NCBI GenBank assembly: GCA_965219445.1
Contig: CBDCNQ010000004.1
Coordinates: forward strand, 224,001 to 288,000
Direction of reading: 5' to 3'
Origin: Longimicrobiales bacterium
GTDB taxonomy: Bacteria > Gemmatimonadota > Gemmatimonadetes > Longimicrobiales > Gaopeijiaceae
Length of the DNA: 64,000 nucleotides
Every line of letters starts with the position of its first letter. Position 1 is the stretch's first letter. Shown piece after piece: positions 59,583 through 64,000 of this stretch. Both the position numbers and the translations under genes were made by a program. Below the pieces are notes generated by a model. The model was given only the letters and a program-made list of their open reading frames with translations. It made no database searches and was not told the origin of the DNA.

Positions 59583-61145
59583 TTAATTGCCTATCGACTC
59601 GGTCCCTATCAGAGTGCCCTCCCTGGCTGTTGGCGGGAAGTTCTCCCCGCGCAATTGATTCATCGTCATCCCGTTTGCCCGATCGAGTGCTGCAGCGAAT
59701 GCGCGGGTGCTGCGCTCCAGACCGCTGGCGGGGACAAGCTCTGGCACATCAAGCGACGTGTGGTAGATCACGTGATCGATGATGTGGAAGGACGGTGCGT
59801 AATTGCCATTCTTAGGCCCATCTTCCAGGGCATATACTGACACACCGAACTCGCGCAACGTATTGAAGACCATCTGCTCGAATTCGGGGCTACCGAGCGC
59901 GTTCCAACGGAAGGCACCCACGGCGTTGGTTGGCGTGAGAGCATCGTTATACATGTAGAGCAGGGTCTGCGAAGCATGCTCCATGGTCAACTTCACGGCG
60001 ACTTTGTCCCAGGGGTACGAATCATTGATGCCGACACCCTCACGGCCGCGGGCGACTTCGCCGTGATGATGATCTGAGAATTGAATGAACTTCATCGTGC
60101 GTGGGCGTTCCTCAAGAGGCTTTTGCGCATAGAACCGTGCAATTTCCAGCGCGCTCGCCATTCCCGCCGCGTTGTCCATTGCCGCCTGAAAGTATCCATC
60201 GGTGTGCGTCATGACGACGATTTCCTCGTCAGACATGCCTGGGAGGGTTGCGATTGTGTACTCGGTCGCAAGATCGCGCAGTTCCTCCACTTCAAGCCGG
60301 AAGGTGAGTTCGACCCTTTCGCCTCTATCGAGCCGGTCCCTCAACGCGAAGCCTTCGTCCATGCTCAATGTGAATTGCGGAACCTCCGGCGTGCCGCCCT
60401 CGGGTTGAAACTGGCCATTGCCGGGTACCCCCATCACATTCACCACCATCGCAGCACCCATTTCGACGGCCCTGGTATTAGCATTGAAGAGGCCTGCGCG
60501 TCCACTCGCCGAATGGCTACGCCCTCCAGGGACGAACACGCTATAGACGACGACCGCCTTCCCCTCGACATCTCTACCGATGAAATCGGCCCCCGCGCCG
60601 ACGCCCACCCAAACCGCCTCCGCCGTGATGCTTTGAGGCCCAGTGGCCTTTGTGCGAGCAACGGGGAATGCGGTCGCCAGGTGTATCGTGGATCCGTCAG
60701 CCGTCTCGTAGCTCGCGGCCCAATCCGTCGGTCTCCAATCACGGGGCAGCACATAGGGGAAGTGCTCGACGGTGAGCCCGAGGTCCTCGAACCCGCTCGT
60801 CATGTATAGCATGCCTTCGCGGTCGGCGGTTGTGCCAGGCAAGCGACCCCACCATTTGTGTCCAGCATCACGATAGCGGACGGCGATCTGCGCGAGGTCG
60901 ACTACGTGCCGTTTCATCCGAGCACCATCGATGCTGGCGTACTGACTCTGCTCCGAAGTCAGCGGCCAGACCGGGTATTGATCGTCAGCGAAGAGCAGCA
61001 GATCGCGGTCTCTTGGCAGCCCTTCACCGTACGTTTTTTCCACCTTGGGGCCAAGATCGATTTGAGCATGAGAAACAGCAGGACTCGCAAACACCACCCC
61101 GAGTGTGGCCAACGAAACGAAACCGTAGCTTCGCAATCTCCTCAT
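59583..61145 (-). CDS. M28-family peptidase with PA-like domain
   Basis: Signal peptide; THTDG, AAMDNAAG, EH, YHT. Confidence 0.8.
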   Translation of the reverse strand: MRRLRSYGFVSLATLGVVFASPAVSHAQIDLGPKVEKTYGEGLPRDRDLLLFADDQYPVWPLTSEQSQYASIDGARMKRHVVDLAQIAVRYRDAGHKWWGRLPGTTADREGMLYMTSGFEDLGLTVEHFPYVLPRDWRPTDWAASYETADGSTIHLATAFPVARTKATGPQSITAEAVWVGVGAGADFIGRDVEGKAVVVYSVFVPGGRSHSASGRAGLFNANTRAVEMGAAMVVNVMGVPGNGQFQPEGGTPEVPQFTLSMDEGFALRDRLDRGERVELTFRLEVEELRDLATEYTIATLPGMSDEEIVVMTHTDGYFQAAMDNAAGMASALEIARFYAQKPLEERPRTMKFIQFSDHHHGEVARGREGVGINDSYPWDKVAVKLTMEHASQTLLYMYNDALTPTNAVGAFRWNALGSPEFEQMVFNTLREFGVSVYALEDGPKNGNYAPSFHIIDHVIYHTSLDVPELVPASGLERSTRAFAAALDRANGMTMNQLRGENFPPTAREGTLIGTESIGN

Positions 61146-61216
61146 CTTGCTTCTCCTGGTGACGTTTAGGTCTATTCTCCAAGACAATGTGCCAAACTAC
61201 CCAGCCTACCCACACC

Positions 61217-61287
61217 GGAGACGGCATCGGACATGGGCGCACTCCTGCCGCTCAACATCCGAGAGTGGGGCGGTAGGCGCAAGCAGA
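61217..61287 (-). promoter_or_regulatory. Dispersed promoter-like repeat, copy 4, with RBS and orphan start MSDAVS
   Basis: TTGCGC-N17-GATGTTGAGCGGCAGGAGTGCGCCC-ATGTCCGATGCCGTCTCC. Confidence 0.7.
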
Positions 61288-61300
61288 GACTTGTCCCGAA

Positions 61301-61340
61301 CGAGAAGACGGCCACCTCCGAACGATGGGGGTGGCCGTTT
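61301..61340 (-). terminator. Repeated hairpin, copy 2
   Basis: ACGGCCACC..GGTGGCCGT followed by CTTCTC on the minus strand. Confidence 0.6.
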
Positions 61341-61375
61341 GTGCGTGGGATGGCTGGATGATGATCCCGATCACG

Positions 61376-62106
61376 CTAGATCCCGACCGACACCCCCACC
61401 CGGAAGCTCCACAGGTTCGCATCGGTCCTGCGTGGATAGATGACGACGCTGCCATCCGGCTGATCGACGATGTCTCCCTCGCGGAGATATGTGGCCGTGC
61501 CGTTGCGATGATAGTCGGCGCCGAGATCCAACCAGGTCGGGTGCCGTCCGTTCGACAGGCGAACACCCAAACCCGCGCCCATCCGCTTCTGAAAGACGAC
61601 GTCCTCCCAGTTGTTGGTATTGGCGTACGTGTAGCCGGCCCAGTCATCGCTTCCGCTGAGTCCGGAAGTCGTTACGAAATAGCTGACAGGTTCCGGGAGG
61701 CCCTGGCATAGGGTCGCAATCGATCCACCTGCATGGCCAATTCAGGGCCGACGCCCAGAAATAGAATGTTGTTCTGCGTGTCAAGGTCCACACCCACCCG
61801 ACAGCTGTAGACGCTGCAAAACTGGAGCGTTTCGTTACCGTAGTTGATGAATCCTATGCTGCCCCTCAGGCTGAACAGCCCGACCGGATCCAGCTCATAG
61901 CGTCCTCCGAGTTCAAAACCCCACCCTCGTTCGACAATCAGCCCGAAATCCCCGGTGGGCTGCGCCCCAACAAACGTGACGTCGAAATATCCGCGAGGCG
62001 CGCGGACCTCTTCAGACTGGGCTTGGGCTTCTGTGGGAAGCAAGAACCCTCCCAACCAGACCGCCCCTGCCGTTATTAGAAAAGCTCTCACGAGGAGCAA
62101 TGTCAT
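61376..62106 (-). pseudogene. Outer-membrane beta-barrel protein, frameshifted at ~61690
   Basis: RPYARAS then SYFVTTSGLSG..YHRNGTATYLREGDI..FRVGVSVGI in a different frame. Confidence 0.8.
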
Positions 62107-62401
62107 CCCTCCTTCAGCGTCTTGGCCGTCCCCTACCTCCACGCAACACTGATTCAGGGCTCGTTGCAACGGTTTTGGACCCCACGCAAGCCGGAGTCTA
62201 CTCCACCACCACCGAACCGGCTCTTATGGCGAGCTCCCCTCGTGGTGGTTGCGTATAGCCTGACAGGACGCGTATGTTGCCGTCTCGCCAGAATCGGGGA
62301 CGCGAGTACCCCCCTCGGGATGCAGCTTAGCGACGGGTAGAAGCCCACATATTTTTTTCACAAGTCCGCGCATTAGGCCGTCCAACAGAGAAGAACAAGT
62401 C

Positions 62402-62809
62402 ATGGCCAAGCCCCCCCTAGCGTTGATCGTGAAGTGGAGAGACCTCGCTCAAGAGGGTCGGTTTTATACCGACATCGCCAAGAATTTTCCTGAGTACACG
62501 TCCAGTCAGATCCGGCATTATTGCCTCGGACACTCCGGCGCCAAGGCTCCCGGTCCCATACAAGAGACGAGGCGTTGGTTGGACAACCCCTGGCTTCAGG
62601 GGGAAAAGTCGCCCCACGCGCTCCTCGACGAGAAACAGGTCCGGGACGTCTTGGGCGACTGGGATGATGACAAGGGATACTGGCGTAACTCCGCCGGACA
62701 CTGGGCCAAGCTTCTAAGAGTCTCACCGAGTACGATTCTAGCCGTCCGGCGCGGCGACACGTGGAAGCACCTCAACCACCCCAACGCCGGACGCAAGAAG
62801 GAAGAGTAG
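62402..62809 (+). CDS. Small double-HTH DNA-binding protein
   Basis: GEKSPHALLDEKQVRDV..AKLLRVSPSTILAVRRGDTWKH resembles the C-terminal DNA-binding module of phage HNH endonucleases; no HNH motif. Confidence 0.65.
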   Translation: MAKPPLALIVKWRDLAQEGRFYTDIAKNFPEYTSSQIRHYCLGHSGAKAPGPIQETRRWLDNPWLQGEKSPHALLDEKQVRDVLGDWDDDKGYWRNSAGHWAKLLRVSPSTILAVRRGDTWKHLNHPNAGRKKEE

Positions 62810-62899
62810 GCGACCTCGATGGATGGTATTGGCCAAGGGAGAAGAACCGCCGGCCCGTAGCGAGCCACGAGAGGTCCACCAGAGTCTCCGACTTCTTAC

Positions 62900-62965
62900 G
62901 GGATCTCGATCATGTCCGCTCGCGACCCGGACGGCAACCTCCTGGAGTTCATGATCTATTCTTGA
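62900..62965 (+). pseudogene. C-terminal scrap of VOC/glyoxalase gene
   Basis: RDPDGNLLEFMIYS*. Confidence 0.5.
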
Positions 62966-63000
62966 GGGCGGGCCGCACGCTCACTTCGGTGGGTACCCGG

Positions 63001-63255
63001 GGCTAGCACCCCGTGATAGCGGTGCCGGTGAATGCGTGGTGAGGCGATGAGCAGAGCGAGCCGCTCGAGGGCGAGCGGCGGACGGGCGCAGTAGCGCAGA
63101 AGGCGTTCGAGCCCCGCAGGGTCACAGGCCGTGATGTGAACGGAGGCATCGACGCTGAACCCGCCGGAGGCGTGCCAGGTGAGCTTGTCGTCAGTGACGT
63201 GGCGTTCGAACAGACCGCGGCGGTGGAAGTAGAACGGAGCACGCGGTGGTGCACG
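63001..63255 (-). mobile_element. IS91-family (rolling-circle) transposase remnant
   Basis: WHASGGFSVDASVHI..GLERLLRYCARPPLALERL/ALLIASPRIHRHRYHGVLA; not in the ORF track. Confidence 0.8.
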
Positions 63256-63357
63256 GGGGACGCCAACCTTAAACTTCCAGGTGACCGCTTCCCGTCCGGA
63301 GACGGGGGTCCCTGCGAGGGGGGGGGCGCTCGTGCACCTAGAGGAGGAGCAAACACC

Positions 63358-64000
63358 ATGGACCGACGCATACTCCGCACCCTGATCGTCACAGCGCTCG
63401 CGCTCGCCGCGGTCGGTGCTGCCTCACGGGCGGCCCGGGCCGACGTCACCGGCGTCGTGCTCACGCACTGCGTGGACGTCCTGGGGGGCAAGTCGTTCGG
63501 GCGCACCGGCGCCTACGAGAAATGCTTTGGCAAGATCTTCTTCTCGCTCGACCCGGACGGCCCCCGCAACCGGGGCATCGTGGATCTCGACAAGGCGCCG
63601 CGTAACGCGAACGGCGAGGTGGAGTTCTCGTCCGACGTGTTCGTCCTTCGGCCCAAGGACCCGAGCCGCGGGAACGGGGTCTTGTTCTTCGACGTGGTCA
63701 ACCGTGGTAACAAGGGGCTCCTGGGGAATTTCAACTTCGCTGAAAGGTCGGTCGATCCAACGACCGAAGCGGATTTCGGTGACGGGTACCTGATGCGCGA
63801 GGGGTACACCCTCATCGCCGTGGGGTGGGAGCACACCCCGAACACGCCCGCGGTCGCCCTGTATCCGCCGATCGCCACCGAGAACGGCACGCCGATCACC
63901 GGGGAGATCGGCAACTGGTTCATCCCCCTGTACGCCGGCCAGACCTTCGATCTCACCACTTCATTCTCGAGTGGATTCGACGTCTACCCGCCCCTGGATC
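63358..64000 (+). CDS. Secreted alpha/beta-hydrolase-domain protein, runs off window
   Basis: GGAGGAG RBS; signal peptide; IVDLDKAPRNANGEVEF, GNGVLFFDVVNRG, GDGYLMREGYTLIAVGWE. Confidence 0.8.
   Translation, partial: MDRRILRTLIVTALALAAVGAASRAARADVTGVVLTHCVDVLGGKSFGRTGAYEKCFGKIFFSLDPDGPRNRGIVDLDKAPRNANGEVEFSSDVFVLRPKDPSRGNGVLFFDVVNRGNKGLLGNFNFAERSVDPTTEADFGDGYLMREGYTLIAVGWEHTPNTPAVALYPPIATENGTPITGEIGNWFIPLYAGQTFDLTTSFSSGFDVYPPLD

Noticed and set aside
48616..61340. Integron attC array or CRISPR
   Set aside because: No RYYYAAC..GTTRRRY boxes seen, no intI, and the repeats are kilobases apart and imperfect
1..64000. tRNA or rRNA genes
   Set aside because: None recognised by eye, including at integrase junctions; a tRNAscan-SE run would confirm

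Overview
GC-rich bacterial DNA. Gene content (a Ser/Thr kinase N-terminal fragment of the [19 protein letters not shown] type, DUF1207, DUF5916, carboxypeptidase-regulatory/TonB-plug protein, FN3/Calx-beta autotransporter) suggests Gemmatimonadota; this is inference. Three zones. (1) 1-25.9 kb is a nest of integrative elements with three paralogous tyrosine recombinases sharing a conserved ~90-bp downstream end. It holds a compact virB2-3-4-9-10-5-6-8 operon with no recognisable VirB11, VirD4 or relaxase, an uncharacterised last gene followed by two inverted 91-nt structured modules, a decayed AbiE toxin-antitoxin pair, a ~1906-aa FN3/Calx-beta autotransporter split in frame by a class C group II intron, a LysR regulator and an IS3 remnant. 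(2) 25.9-39 kb is chromosomal: truncated dctM, dctQ, ArsA-family ATPase, a small CC-terminated protein, cstA, MFS, rsmD, pseudopilin, HD-GYP protein and a methyltransferase that is very probably a selenoprotein (in-frame TGA plus SECIS-like hairpin). (3) 39-64 kb is a mosaic accessory region (PQQ proteins, peptidases, vapBC, pseudogenes, IS remnants) where four unrelated genes share a promoter-like module apparently derived from the 5' end of Ser/Thr kinase genes. All calls come from reading the sequence by eye; no searches were run.
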